Numbered from the stretch's first letter, positions 31,741-42,280 are shown. The stretch is DNA of 64,000 nucleotides from Nitrosopumilus sp. (GCA_965224195.1 OZ245040.1:1996249-2060248), one strand, 5' to 3'. Notes: generated by a model from the sequence alone, not told the origin. Translations and numbers: made by a program.

Positions 31741-32457
31741 CTATGCATTAATCCTATCCCTACCACCTTTGGCAGTTCTAAAAACATTCATTCCAATAAA
31801 GAAATTTTCATGTAAAGATTCTAAGTAAATAATTTCATTCTCTGTTTCTTTAATTTCTTTTTTAGTTACATCAGGGTTATTTTTTAATTGTTCAAGTTTT
31901 TGTTTGGTTTCTTCTAAAAATGAATCAACAGCACGTTCATAATTTGAAACACCAGCAAATTCTGGACTAAGAACATGTTCAGGAACATAAGCAGGAGTAT
32001 GATCATGATATACCTCTGCTTGTCTAGTGAGGGATTCTTGTTCATCTGCTGAAAGAATTGGTCGTGGGAAACGATCTGCTTTATCTAACCAAAATTCAGG
32101 TTCACCCATATCTCGTCTAAAAATTTCTTCGCCTTGCCTCTTGAATGTATGATCTGATTTTACAGCTGCATCTGCTTTTACTTCAGCTGCAATTGCTTTG
32201 TATTCTTCTTCAGCTGCTGATTCTGCATCTGCTTTAGCTGCTTCTGCTTTGGCAAGAGCTTCTTTTACTGCTAGTTCTGCTTCCTCAACTGCTTTTACAG
32301 CTGCTTCTGCTTTAACAATTGCAGCTTCTGATACTTTAGATTCTTCTGCTGCCTTAGATTCTAGTTTTGCAGTTTCATCCGTAGTTGTATTTTCAGATGA
32401 AGAATCTTCAGTAGTTTTTGCATCCACTTTAGATTCTTTTTTCTCTTCAGACAACAA
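31741..32457 (-). CDS. Hypothetical protein with Ala/Glu/Lys-rich coiled-coil N-terminus
   Basis: Low-complexity N-half and globular C-half; abuts the hemA-like gene. Confidence 0.8.
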   Translation of the reverse strand: MLSEEKKESKVDAKTTEDSSSENTTTDETAKLESKAAEESKVSEAAIVKAEAAVKAVEEAELAVKEALAKAEAAKADAESAAEEEYKAIAAEVKADAAVKSDHTFKRQGEEIFRRDMGEPEFWLDKADRFPRPILSADEQESLTRQAEVYHDHTPAYVPEHVLSPEFAGVSNYERAVDSFLEETKQKLEQLKNNPDVTKKEIKETENEIIYLESLHENFFIGMNVFRTAKGGRDRINA

Positions 32458-32592
32458 ATTTTACTAAAATTGCCTGAATTTTAATATTCTTGTGAGATTC
32501 ATCGACAGTCCATTCCTTTTTCAATAATATTTTCTAGAAATTTAATTCTGATCGATGTAAATGATATCAAAATGTAAAAAATAGAAATAATG

Positions 32593-32611
32593 GCGCCCTC
32601 GGCGGGATTTG
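32593..32611. repeat. att site (displaced tRNA-Asp 3' end, followed by encoded CCA)
   Basis: GCGCCCTCGGCGGGATTTG, identical to 45673-45691. Confidence 0.95.
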
Positions 32612-32809
32612 TGAGATCAGTTTGACCACCTCACAGACTTGGGTGTGAACTTTGATGAATTTAACCACAAAATTTTAGTTCAAATTCAAAGAAATTTTGT
32701 TATACAGAATTAACTGATTTTAGATTTTGATGTGACTACGGTTCAAATTTACCTCTACCATAAATAACACGGGGAATATAGGTACGACTTAACATTTTGT
32801 ATTATTTTA

Positions 32810-32941
32810 GAGGAATTTTCGTTCTAGGAGTAGGATCTGCTTGAGTGGACAGAGACTCAAATTGAGACATCCAGATTTACAAACTATTCTCATGCCATAC
32901 AGTACTCTGTAAGGCAATTAAAAGAAAGTGGAGAAGAGTAG
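32810..32941 (+). pseudogene. Ribbon-helix-helix (CopG/ParD-like) gene remnant
   Basis: DLLEWTETQIETSRFTNYSHAIQYSVRQL preceded by two in-frame TAG codons. Confidence 0.55.
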
Positions 32942-33014
32942 AAACTCAAAAGTTTGGATTTAACAAAACAAATTTTCAATTAATGTTATTAACTTAAGAA
33001 TTTATAATATATCA

Positions 33015-33593
33015 GTGGAAGAGATAAAAGAAGATAGTAAGACTTTTGATAAAATCAAGGTTTTTTATTCAGAAGATGACAAATTGAAGATTTTCGGCGA
33101 GTTGTTAAGTAACAAATCAAGTAGAGACATCATTAAGTTCTTGATTGAAAAGGAGAGGTATACAAATGAGATTGCAAAAAAATTAGAGATTAGACCAAAT
33201 TTAGTAATACATCATCTAAAAAAGATGGAAGAATTAGGATTATTAGAAATTACAGAAAAAAAAATTTCTAAAAATGGTAATAAACATAAATTTTACAAAA
33301 TGATTCCAAATGTGTTCATTTCTCCAAATTATTCAAAACAAGAGTTTGAAAAGAAAGTAATGTTTAAGAAAATTTTCAAACAAGGATTAAAGTTTGCAAC
33401 AATTGGATTAGTGGCTAGTGCGGTTTGGATGGCTGATGTAGTAAAGTTAACAAATACCAAAGAAATTTATCCTGTTCCATTTGGAACTCAAACTCAACAA
33501 TTAGATCCGTTAATTCCAGCTTTAATTATAATAATTATTGGTTTAGTTCTAGAGAGAATTTTTAGTTTAAAAAAAAAGAAAAAAAGGGGTTAG
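33015..33593 (+). CDS. ArsR-type winged-HTH regulator with two C-terminal TM helices
   Basis: YTNEIAKKLEIRPNLVIHHLKKMEELGLL HTH; two hydrophobic segments and a basic tail. Confidence 0.85.
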   Translation: MEEIKEDSKTFDKIKVFYSEDDKLKIFGELLSNKSSRDIIKFLIEKERYTNEIAKKLEIRPNLVIHHLKKMEELGLLEITEKKISKNGNKHKFYKMIPNVFISPNYSKQEFEKKVMFKKIFKQGLKFATIGLVASAVWMADVVKLTNTKEIYPVPFGTQTQQLDPLIPALIIIIIGLVLERIFSLKKKKKRG

Positions 33594-34546
33594 TTGTTGT
33601 TGAACATTTCAACATCTGATTGATCAACTACTGTTGTGGTTTGCCCACAGAAAGAACCTTGAGAACCAGTGGCACTGAAATTATCAGTATCTCCAGTATG
33701 GTATATTGGATCGAAATTTAGATCACCCTGTAGCTCATTACAGTCACTATGTAGATCATAGGTTTCAACTGCAACTAATCCTACTTTCATTGTAGTAGAT
33801 GAATATACAATGTATGAGTCATTAGCTGCTGAATAATCATAGTTTTTCATAGATATTGTCCAATAGTTATTAGATTCACTAATTGTTCCTCTAAGTCTAT
33901 CATCATAATCTGCATCTTCACAAGGAGTTCCCCAAGCATTTCCACCTACATAGACTAGGGCATAAGTTACCCAATCATCACCAGCATCACAATAGGAGCT
34001 ATATCCATGTTGTAATACAGGTTGCAAGATAATACTTGATGAACCAGTTGGCTGAATTGCTGGGAATGAGAAATTAGTTCCACCATCAAAATCTGTTGGT
34101 GCATCTGGTACATTTCAATATGCTCTTAGATATGAAAAATCATTGTTTGCACTGCTTTTGTGTGCAACTTGATTGTATCCATCACCAGCTTCTGCTAATG
34201 GAATAGTGAATAGATTCGTTAATGTTTGAATCCAATCAAATGACGTTTTGATAGTTTCTGATTTTTCTGCTTTTTCTATCATAGCATCGAGGTCTAATAC
34301 TTTCTCTTTTGTTTCAGGATGATCTCTGTAGATAGGCTCCATTTGCTTTATTTCACTTGGTTTAACCCATCCGACACCAGGATACAGTTTGTAGCCTGCT
34401 GCTAGTTTTAGATCTCTTTCTTCGTTTGGTATTGTTAAACTATCAATAACTTTTTCTGCTTGTGCTGTCTGCATTCCAGAGAATGAGGCAAACAAAGCAA
34501 TTGTTAAAGAAGCAAACAATACTGTTTTGATTGTTTTTGATGTCAT
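33590..34546 (-). pseudogene. Secreted protein interrupted by one in-frame TGA (34115-34117)
   Basis: Signal peptide MTSKTIKTVLFAS...AQA; frame continues LRAY*NVPDAP...LQPVLQHG into ORF 33590-34027. Confidence 0.8.
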
Positions 34547-34576
34547 TGATATACACAAAACTATTATGTTAATAAA

Positions 34577-34604
34577 AATTAGTTCAATTTGGATTGAACT
34601 AATT
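34577..34604. promoter_or_regulatory. Perfect 12-4-12 inverted repeat, candidate operator
   Basis: AATTAGTTCAAT-TTGG-ATTGAACTAATT abutting a TATA-like TTTATTAA about 25 bp upstream of the secreted protein start. Confidence 0.65.
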
Positions 34605-35017
34605 CTTTAGTAATAATATAATATATCATCGTATGATTAACTGTACAACGAAGAACATAGAAAATCCAATTGGAAGAATTATCAAAAGTCTAGTTTTCAA
34701 TTACTCAAGCTAAAATTATAAGGTTCATAAGTACTTCAAATCTTTAACTTCTTCAAAGGAATTTGAAGAGTTAGTTTAACATCCTACAAGATCAAACCCA
34801 GTAGAGTTTAAACAATGTGGAACTGTTGAGTTCCACATTTTTGATAGTTCTTAAAAATCAAAAATGGTGTAAACAAATGTCTAGAACCGTTTCTGCACGC
34901 ATATCTACAAAAATGCATAATGAATTAAGAGAAAGATTCTAGGAATATTGTAAAGAATATGTGATTTACTAAGAGAATTTTATGATCTTTTATTATTGAT
35001 AGTTACAAAATATCATC

Positions 35018-35119
35018 ATGAATACTGCACCAATTTGGTCTAGCCCAAAGTGTTCTGATTGTAAAAGAATTAGATGCAGTAAGGGGTGTAACTGTGATTG
35101 TCATTGGAATAGAAGATAA
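35018..35119 (+). CDS. 33-aa Cys-rich microprotein
   Basis: MNTAPIWSSPKCSDCKRIRCSKGCNCDCHWNRR. Confidence 0.5.
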   Translation: MNTAPIWSSPKCSDCKRIRCSKGCNCDCHWNRR

Positions 35120-35125
35120 CCCATA

Positions 35126-35660
35126 CCATTCTATCAAAAGTTACTGCAGAAAGGGTTCGAAAATTCTCAAAGTCAGTTACTAACAAACTATCAAAATTTC
35201 AATAATCCTAACTATGATTATTGGGAACATCCACGCACAAAATAATCATTATTGTTGTAGATTTGTAAAACATCAACAATTATTCCACAACATCACTCCA
35301 CGCATGGAACTCTGTGGATGCGGTGTTTTTGTAAACTTCCATGCGTGGTGACCATTAACTTCCATGCGTGGAAAGTGTGTTTTGATGTGTTATGAGTTGA
35401 CGTTTTATTGTTGACGTTTACAACAGTTGATGTCAACACTATCCAAACGTCCACGCGTGGACATATTTTCATCTTTTGTTGTAGTTTTCCAATAATCCTA
35501 AATCTCATAATTAGGATTATTGTGGATTAGATGGATGATACAATAGATCTAACTCTTATCCATTCTGTCAATAATTACTGCAGAAAGGGTTCGAAAAATT
35601 TCAAAGTCAGGCACAACTAAAATATCATATTTCCAATAATCATAACTAGGATTATTGGAA
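35126..35660. repeat. Non-coding region with a ~100-bp imperfect direct repeat, three related inverted repeats and CCAYGCRTGG palindromes
   Basis: Repeat copies start at 35126 and 35560 (shared TTACTGCAGAAAGGGTTCGAAAA); AATAATC...GATTATT IRs near 35200, 35490 and 35635. Confidence 0.85.
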
Positions 35661-35722
35661 ATTGAGTATTTCTGGTATATCTTAATCTTGAAAATTTTTG
35701 AGGCTTTTCTGTAGAAAAAAAA

Positions 35723-35854
35723 TTATTGAGATACAAATGTTTGACAAGTGCACTCTGAACCATCAGATAGAGTTTTGGAACATTTGCCCTCTGATGGATG
35801 GTCTTTTCTATAATGTGGACAACTGGTGTTACCACATTCGTCATAATCTCCCAT
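35723..35854 (-). CDS. 43-aa Cys/His zinc-binding microprotein
   Basis: MGDYDECGNTSCPHYRKDHPSEGKCSKTLSDGSECTCQTFVSQ; more plausible than the overlapping track ORF. Confidence 0.6.
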   Translation of the reverse strand: MGDYDECGNTSCPHYRKDHPSEGKCSKTLSDGSECTCQTFVSQ

Positions 35855-35964
35855 AATTATACAACAAATTTAATATATTTAATTTTGATCTTGCAATAAT
35901 AGTCAAGTCATAATCAACATAATATCACTAAATAGTTTGTAACAAAATACAATCGATTCTTTTT

Positions 35965-36924
35965 TTGGTTAGATCGCTACAAAATCTGATATTGTCAGAT
36001 AATACAAACATTCATGAGAAAAGCGATAGAGAGGTCTTGATGGTATTATTTGAAGACCTGCAATCAATCAAAGAGAAACTAGGAATAGAAGAAAAACGAT
36101 TTACTGCAATAACGAATTATGAAGGTACAATATCCCACTATGAGGAATTTGCCAAATCTGAACTAAATCTGAATTCGGGTACAATAAAGAACCATGTAGG
36201 TGCTTTAAGAAAATTCTTGGAATTCTGCAATGGTAACATCACAGAAGATATGGTAAAAAATTATCTTGATTCAATGGAACAATCAAGCCAAACAAACCAA
36301 CTCAAAGTACTAAGACGATTCATTAGAGATTATCTAAAACTAGGCAACTGGATAAACGAGATATCATTCAAGACACAGAAAACCAAACTAAAAACTCAGA
36401 AACTACCAAACAATGAAGAACTATCCACATTTTGTACAGAACTTGAAACATTGCAGATGCAGCTAGTATTTTTTATTTGCTTTAATTCTGGTTTGAGGGT
36501 AAATGAGACGTTACAGATAGAGACAGACAAGATGGATTATTCATTAAACTGTATTGATGTATCAGAGGTTCACACAGGTGATACAAAATCATCATGGTTT
36601 GGATTCTTTACAACTCAAACAGCAGAGTATCTTGAGAATTACACAAGTAACAATTATCTTGATGGCAAGATATTTGATGTAACATATGACCAGGTGTATG
36701 CAGAATTCAAGAGAGTAAGTGCGATTACAGGGATAGAACTAACACCAAAATCACTAAGAATGATTTTTGTTGAGAGATGTATTGATGCCAAAATTGATAA
36801 AAATGTGATTGATATTTTTGAGGGTTGAATCCCTAAAGGTGTCCAGTCTAAAATTTATCGTAATTATTCACCTGAGAGATTAAAAGAACATTACAATAAA
36901 GTTGAAGAATTATTGATTTTGTAA
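35965..36924 (+). pseudogene. Second tyrosine recombinase, with in-frame TGA (36826-36828) before the catalytic Tyr
   Basis: SGLRVNE and PKSLR motifs; frame continues FEG*IPKGVQSKIYRNYSPERLKEHY to TAA at 36924. Confidence 0.88.
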
Positions 36925-37097
36925 GTCAATCTTAAAAAAAAATATCATATTGAACAATCTAATTAGATTCATGAATTGATAAAAAGACATATTGATTTAC
37001 TTTTTTAATTATCATCTTAGAATGGATTAGAATTTAACTAATAGTCAACACCTTGTAAAATTATAACAAATAAACTATAATCATGTAATAGTATTAG

Positions 37098-37964
37098 ATG
37101 AAAATAAGAAATAGTATTTTACATCATCCTTTTGCTACAATGATTGCCTTACCCATCATGGAATTTGCAATAATTTGGGGTATTTTATTTCAACCATCTT
37201 CTTCAGATATTTCTGAATATCAAATAGAAATAACAAATGCAATAATCACCTCACTGATAATTGTTTTTTGTGTTTTGATATTGTCACTTTTTGGCTCGAA
37301 AGTAATTGGTAAAACAATTGAAGTAATTTATGAGAAATTAAAGTCAAAAGATTTTATCATGACTTTTGATTCTTATCGATATGCATATCCAATTTATTTT
37401 ATTTTTCTTATAATATTGAGTATGATTATTGTAATCAATTCGAATGTAAATAATATTCAATTAGAAGATAGAATTAAATTATTTATTATTTTTCTATGGA
37501 TGCATTGCATGGGTACAGTTATGATACATTCCAATAGACATACTACATTACTCTTACAAAATAAAAAAAACTGGTTTTTGGCAAAAGCCAATTTTGAACT
37601 AACAAAAAATGCAAAGACTGAGAATAACAAGTTACGTTATTTCACTAGAGCATTGTTAGAACTAGATAATTTTTATAAAAAAAATTGTGGCTTACAAATC
37701 AAAATAAAAATGAAAAACATGATAACAAATGATTTTGTAAAAAATATTGAGCATAGTGAAACAATGAAAAAATATCAAACAATATTTGATTGTGAGAAAA
37801 TATCTTGTTTGCGAATGCAACTACAAAATAATTTTACTAAAAAAGAAGAATGTTTTGCAGCACATCAACCACAACCAAATTATCAAAAAATTTCAATAGT
37901 AATTGCATTATTTTTGTTAGGGATAGTGGGAAGTAAATTTTTGATTGATTTTATATTTATATAA
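37098..37964 (+). CDS. AT-rich multi-TM hypothetical cargo protein
   Basis: Four N-terminal and one C-terminal hydrophobic helices. Confidence 0.7.
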   Translation: MKIRNSILHHPFATMIALPIMEFAIIWGILFQPSSSDISEYQIEITNAIITSLIIVFCVLILSLFGSKVIGKTIEVIYEKLKSKDFIMTFDSYRYAYPIYFIFLIILSMIIVINSNVNNIQLEDRIKLFIIFLWMHCMGTVMIHSNRHTTLLLQNKKNWFLAKANFELTKNAKTENNKLRYFTRALLELDNFYKKNCGLQIKIKMKNMITNDFVKNIEHSETMKKYQTIFDCEKISCLRMQLQNNFTKKEECFAAHQPQPNYQKISIVIALFLLGIVGSKFLIDFIFI

Positions 37965-37992
37965 AAAAGATGTGTGTAGATAATAAAAAAAT

Positions 37993-38328
37993 CTACTTTG
38001 CTAACACTGTTTGTTTTTTCATCAGTTCTATTCTATTGACGTTGATTGTATACTTGTCACGTCCATAAGGCTCAGGTAGTATTGGTATATGTTGACCTAC
38101 CATCTTTATCGTGTCATTTCCAAATTTGTCAATCAGTGAATTTTTTGACTGTTTGTTGAGTGTCCATACTCCTATGGTCTCTTTTTTGTCATTACACTGG
38201 ACTCTTGTCTTTACAGTACTACCAAACCCGTTATCAGGCATCTTTGGCTCCTCAAGAATGATTAATTTTGTGATGCGATTCTCTTTTACAAAATCACCGT
38301 CTAGTTCTCTATCTAATTCTATTTCATT
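37993..38328 (-). CDS. Small beta-rich protein, possible ssDNA-binding protein; 5' end appears frameshifted
   Basis: Frame open for 111 sense codons (EIELDRELDGDFVKEN...WTLNKQSKNSLIDKFGNDT); the ATG after an SD-like GAGGGGGTGA is out of frame by one base. Confidence 0.55.
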   Translation of the reverse strand, partial: NEIELDRELDGDFVKENRITKLIILEEPKMPDNGFGSTVKTRVQCNDKKETIGVWTLNKQSKNSLIDKFGNDTIKMVGQHIPILPEPYGRDKYTINVNRIELMKKQTVLAK

Positions 38329-39276
38329 TCACCCCCTCTTATGTCACACAAGTCACATACGATATGGTGTAATTCAGGATCATTATCATGCATATTCTTT
38401 AGAGAATATGGCAAGATTCCCTTTTTGTAGACCTCTTTGAGTTTGTAATTAATTAATTGTCCAGATACAGAGTTTCCAAAATAATCTAAAAGTATTTTTT
38501 CACATTCTTGTAACGTTAATTTTTTTACATTAACCAAGTATGGACATAGAACTAGAGCAAATATTCTTTTTTTATCATCAGTGATTTTGTTTTGTAGGAT
38601 TTTTTCAATGTATTTTATTTTACCTTGATTAGTAAAATTTCCATTATACCTTTGTTGTTCTAGTTTATGCAAGTGTGCTAAAAATGGCAGATTATTTACT
38701 TGTGGTCTAATGCCATTCCATTCAGAATAATTTTAACCTGTGATTCTTCTTTTGATTTTCCATATAACAATGATTTTTTGTTGTATGAATATGGCACTCT
38801 AATCATACAGGATTTTAAACTTGGATGATTTGCACCATCACATTTTGAATTTGATAGATATCTTTCTGCAAACTGTAAGAATTTTTTAGAATATCAAAGA
38901 TTTGTTTTTGGTGTAGTGTTGTATTTGTAAATGAAATTATATCTATTGGTTGAATTACTGCATAACCATTACCAGTGTCTAGAACCAGAGGTATACCGTT
39001 AATCTCTTTGTGAAATAGTGCTAATGTTTCATTTAGTGCTGTCTTATCATCTAGATCTACAAATATCAAATTAGGTTTTTCTTGATTAATTTCCTCTAGT
39101 CCAAAAGCGGATAATCTGCAATCTATTAGATTAGATTTTACAAAAAATTCTAGTGCTTCTGCTTTAGAGTAAACTTGTACCTGTTTGTTTTCTGTAGCTA
39201 GTGTTGATACGGTTCTTGGGAATTTGCTCTCAAAATGATTCAAGAGGTAATCTAACCCATATTCTATATCTATCAA
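38319..39276 (-). pseudogene. AEP primase fused to a PriX-like domain, split by two 1-bp deletions
   Basis: IFVDLDD and TGNGY AEP motifs, hidden middle frame FLQFAERYL...MIRVPYSYN, C-terminal YIEKILQ..DDKKRIFALVLCPYLVNVK. Confidence 0.75.
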
Positions 39277-41491
39277 GATTTAGTCCTCGCCTCTTTTTGG
39301 TCAAAATATTGAATAGAATGACCTAGTTTTTTATGGAAATTTAATATGCTCTCTTTGTTTATTCCTCTCTCATCAATTCCAAATTCACCAGCATTACAGG
39401 TTGTACATTTGAAATGAGTGTATTTCTTAGATCTATTATCTGACGAATTTTTATCATTTTTTGTGACTGATTTTTTATTTTTTATTTTTTTATCAGAGGT
39501 AGGCAAAGTGCACGTGTCAGACGTGTCAGCGTGCCAACCCTCTTTTTTGTGACTAGATTTACTATTTTGTGACACGTGCATACTATTTTTCTTTGATTTA
39601 TCCGTGTCAGTAGACGTGTCAGTCTTTGAGGATTTTTTATCATTTTTGTCTGATTTGTTAGGTGACACGTTGACACGTGCACCATTTTTCGTAGACGTGT
39701 CAATATTTGGGTCATTTTGTGCCTGATTTTCACTAGTGACACGTTGACACGTTGACACGTCTACTTTACTTTCTAATCTGGATTGATTAGGTGTGCTAGA
39801 AGCTATTTTCAGAATCAATGAGCCACGCTTGAATTTATTATCCCTTGAATTGTATCTGTGACTTGAAATTAGATATCCAGAATTTCTAAATGATTCACTG
39901 AATCGGGTTAGTTGGCCAGATAGTTTTGATTTTGTTTTTGGAAATCTTGAAAGTCTGGATTTACGATCTATGTTTTTACTATCTGCAACTTGTACAGACT
40001 GGTTATAAAGTTCATCAATTGTAATATCAAAAGGTGTTTTTTTATTCTTAAATAAATCTAAAACAATGTCAATTATAGGCCATGTATCAGATGCACCTAG
40101 AGAATTAGAATCTAGATTTTGTTTGTATGCTTCAAGAAATTCAAAGTTATCAAATCCCAAACTTCTAGAAATACATTCACCAAAAACTATAAAATCTGCC
40201 ATTCTTTCCTTAGATGTTATTTCTTTTTTTACACCATCAAAAATATTCAATGTGTTTGATAGAGTGTTAAAACATTGGTCTAACAAATATGGGACTAGTG
40301 AATTTATTTTTTTATCAAACTCTTCTTCTGTAAGTCTTTCATTTTTTGGAATGTATTTGGTTTCATAAAAAACAGACCTCTGCATTAAATCTGGGTATTC
40401 TATATTTGGTGTATCCCATTTAGAATAATTCTTGTCTGAATTTTTAGTATAATTTCTTTTGAATCTTGATATAACTCTCTTTTGATATGTGTGTGTCCTG
40501 TAACTGCACGGCATAGATTATCACTAACTTCATGGTCAAAATAAGAAATATTATCAAAGTTTGACAGATATCTATTATACAGATGAATATTCAAATCATC
40601 AATCTTTTTTGGCATGCTTGCTAAATTCTCAGGGCTTGGGTCAATGATTTTTTTGATCGTGCTAGTCGTCGTACTCTTAGAACTGCCTTGCTCACCATGA
40701 AAAATCATGACTGGTATTGGATAGGATTCTAAGAATAATGATACTAGATGGACTTTGAATAATAATTTATTCTGCTGTTGTATTTTTAATAGATTGCATA
40801 GTTCGTCTAGAGGATTTTTTGATTTTGATTTTTTTGGTTTGACCTGTTCTAATGGACTTGATTTTCTTCTAAATAGAGGGGTATTGTGGTCTATCTTCTC
40901 TATTGAATAGCCGTTTTTGGTAATTTTCACTAGTTCGTATTTATCATTACATAAATCATAAAAAATCTCATTCTCTAGAAAAGCAACTCTACTGAAGATA
41001 TTCTCAATTTTAATCTCATTTACTATAGAATGAGATGTAATAACAGATAATGCAGTTTTGTATAATTCATCACTAAATATTTCACCTGTTGCAGATTCGT
41101 AAACTGATTTAATCCATTGTACAGAATCCCATGAGCCAACCTCTATGGTTTTGTAATGGTTGTTTATCTTAACTAGCGCATATACTCTGTTATGGTCTCC
41201 TGCACTTCTAACTTTTTTTATTATTTGTGATTGCGCAAAATCATAAACTTGTCTAACATTGTTTGCATTATTATCATCATCTTTTGAGATTTTAGATTTT
41301 TCATATTCTGGATTATCTTGTTTGGAATTAAATTTTTTCCATTTACATTTTCCTAAATACTTGTTTTTCTCAATGTGTTCTAGTTGCACTTTAGAACCCT
41401 TAATCATGGAGCCTTGTTTCTCGTGTTTTAGATTTGTACAGATTATCAGATTATCATCAGGGTTTTTCTTATCTGATTTTTTGACTACCAC
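39273..41491 (-). pseudogene. Primase-associated P-loop ATPase/helicase, split by a 1-bp deletion near 40412
   Basis: Walker A GEQGSSKST, Walker B SNFDN; IILNGI continues as TPNIEYPDLMQRS in the adjacent frame; C-terminal CxxC...HxxxxH. Confidence 0.8.
39512..39760. repeat. Array of 12 TGACACGT/ACGTGTCA octamers (10 perfect) inside the ATPase gene
   Basis: Perfect copies at 39512, 39521, 39570, 39614, 39663, 39671, 39695, 39737, 39745, 39753; degenerate copies near 39530 and 39602. Confidence 0.9.
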
Positions 41492-41718
41492 TAAACTTCA
41501 ACTCCAGAAAAATCAGACAATACATCTACAAACCATAAAGGATTACGATGGTCATTTACAAAGTCAATCAGTCCTAGTGAAAATGCGGTTTCTTGTTTTT
41601 CCTTATAACCGTGGTCATATCTTAGATGCCTCTTTATCTGTGAAAGGTCAGATGTGACAGGTTTTGTATGAAATTTGCATCCAAAAACAGGGCATATGCG
41701 TGGTATTATGAGGCTCAA
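41491..41718 (-). CDS. C2H2-like zinc-finger protein
   Basis: CPVFGC...HLRYDH. Confidence 0.7.
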   Translation of the reverse strand: MSLIIPRICPVFGCKFHTKPVTSDLSQIKRHLRYDHGYKEKQETAFSLGLIDFVNDHRNPLWFVDVLSDFSGVEV

Positions 41719-41867
41719 ATAGAGTCACCTGTGGATTTGTGATGTTGTGTAATATGGTATCTTAGGGCATATTGAGAGACAAATCGTTTAGATCTGCCTT
41801 TGATTTTTTTACATATATGACAAAGAATTAGATTAGAATGCTTTTTTGGTGAGATAATCTTACTCAT
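41715..41867 (-). CDS. 50-aa C2H2 zinc-finger protein (not in ORF track)
   Basis: MSKIISPKKHSNLILCHICKKIKGRSKRFVSQYALRYHITQHHKSTGDSI; TTGA overlap with the next gene. Confidence 0.7.
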   Translation of the reverse strand: MSKIISPKKHSNLILCHICKKIKGRSKRFVSQYALRYHITQHHKSTGDSI

Positions 41868-41915
41868 AATATACACTTCCTAAGATGGGATTTGTAAAAC
41901 TTGAAAGAAAGTCCG

Positions 41916-42269
41916 TCAAAACATATCTTTCAAGTATTTTTTTAATTTTATAATAAAAAATAGAGTTTCTAATATCACTGAAAGCAATACTAGAACTCTA
42001 TGGTGTAGGTTTGTTGAACCATTACAGTTGCACTCAACATGTTTCACAATTTCATCAGTTCTGTATCTAGATTCTCTAGCAGATGAGATATTATCTCCAC
42101 TGAGAAATTGATTGAAAAAAATAATGATACCTGTAACAGTATCATTATTTTGGTGTAGGAGTTGCCCATTCATTTCTACAAGTTTGCAAATTTGTCTAAG
42201 ATGTTTCTGAATTTTCAGCATCTGAGATTTCTCTCTTATTACAAATTGAACTAATGAGTTAGAATTCAA
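41916..42269 (-). CDS. Hypothetical protein
   Basis: ORF in the element's leftward operon. Confidence 0.5.
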   Translation of the reverse strand: MNSNSLVQFVIREKSQMLKIQKHLRQICKLVEMNGQLLHQNNDTVTGIIIFFNQFLSGDNISSARESRYRTDEIVKHVECNCNGSTNLHHRVLVLLSVILETLFFIIKLKKYLKDMF

Positions 42270-42280
42270 GAGTTATCCTC

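Noticed and set aside
35126-35660. Integron attC array or CRISPR array
   Set aside because: Only two long repeats 434 bp apart, no attC R/L box pattern and no IntI-specific insertion evident in the recombinase.
35293-35844. Track ORFs 35293-35508 and 35617-35844
   Set aside because: The first runs through palindromic non-coding motifs; the second is a shadow of the Cys-rich ORF 35723-35854.
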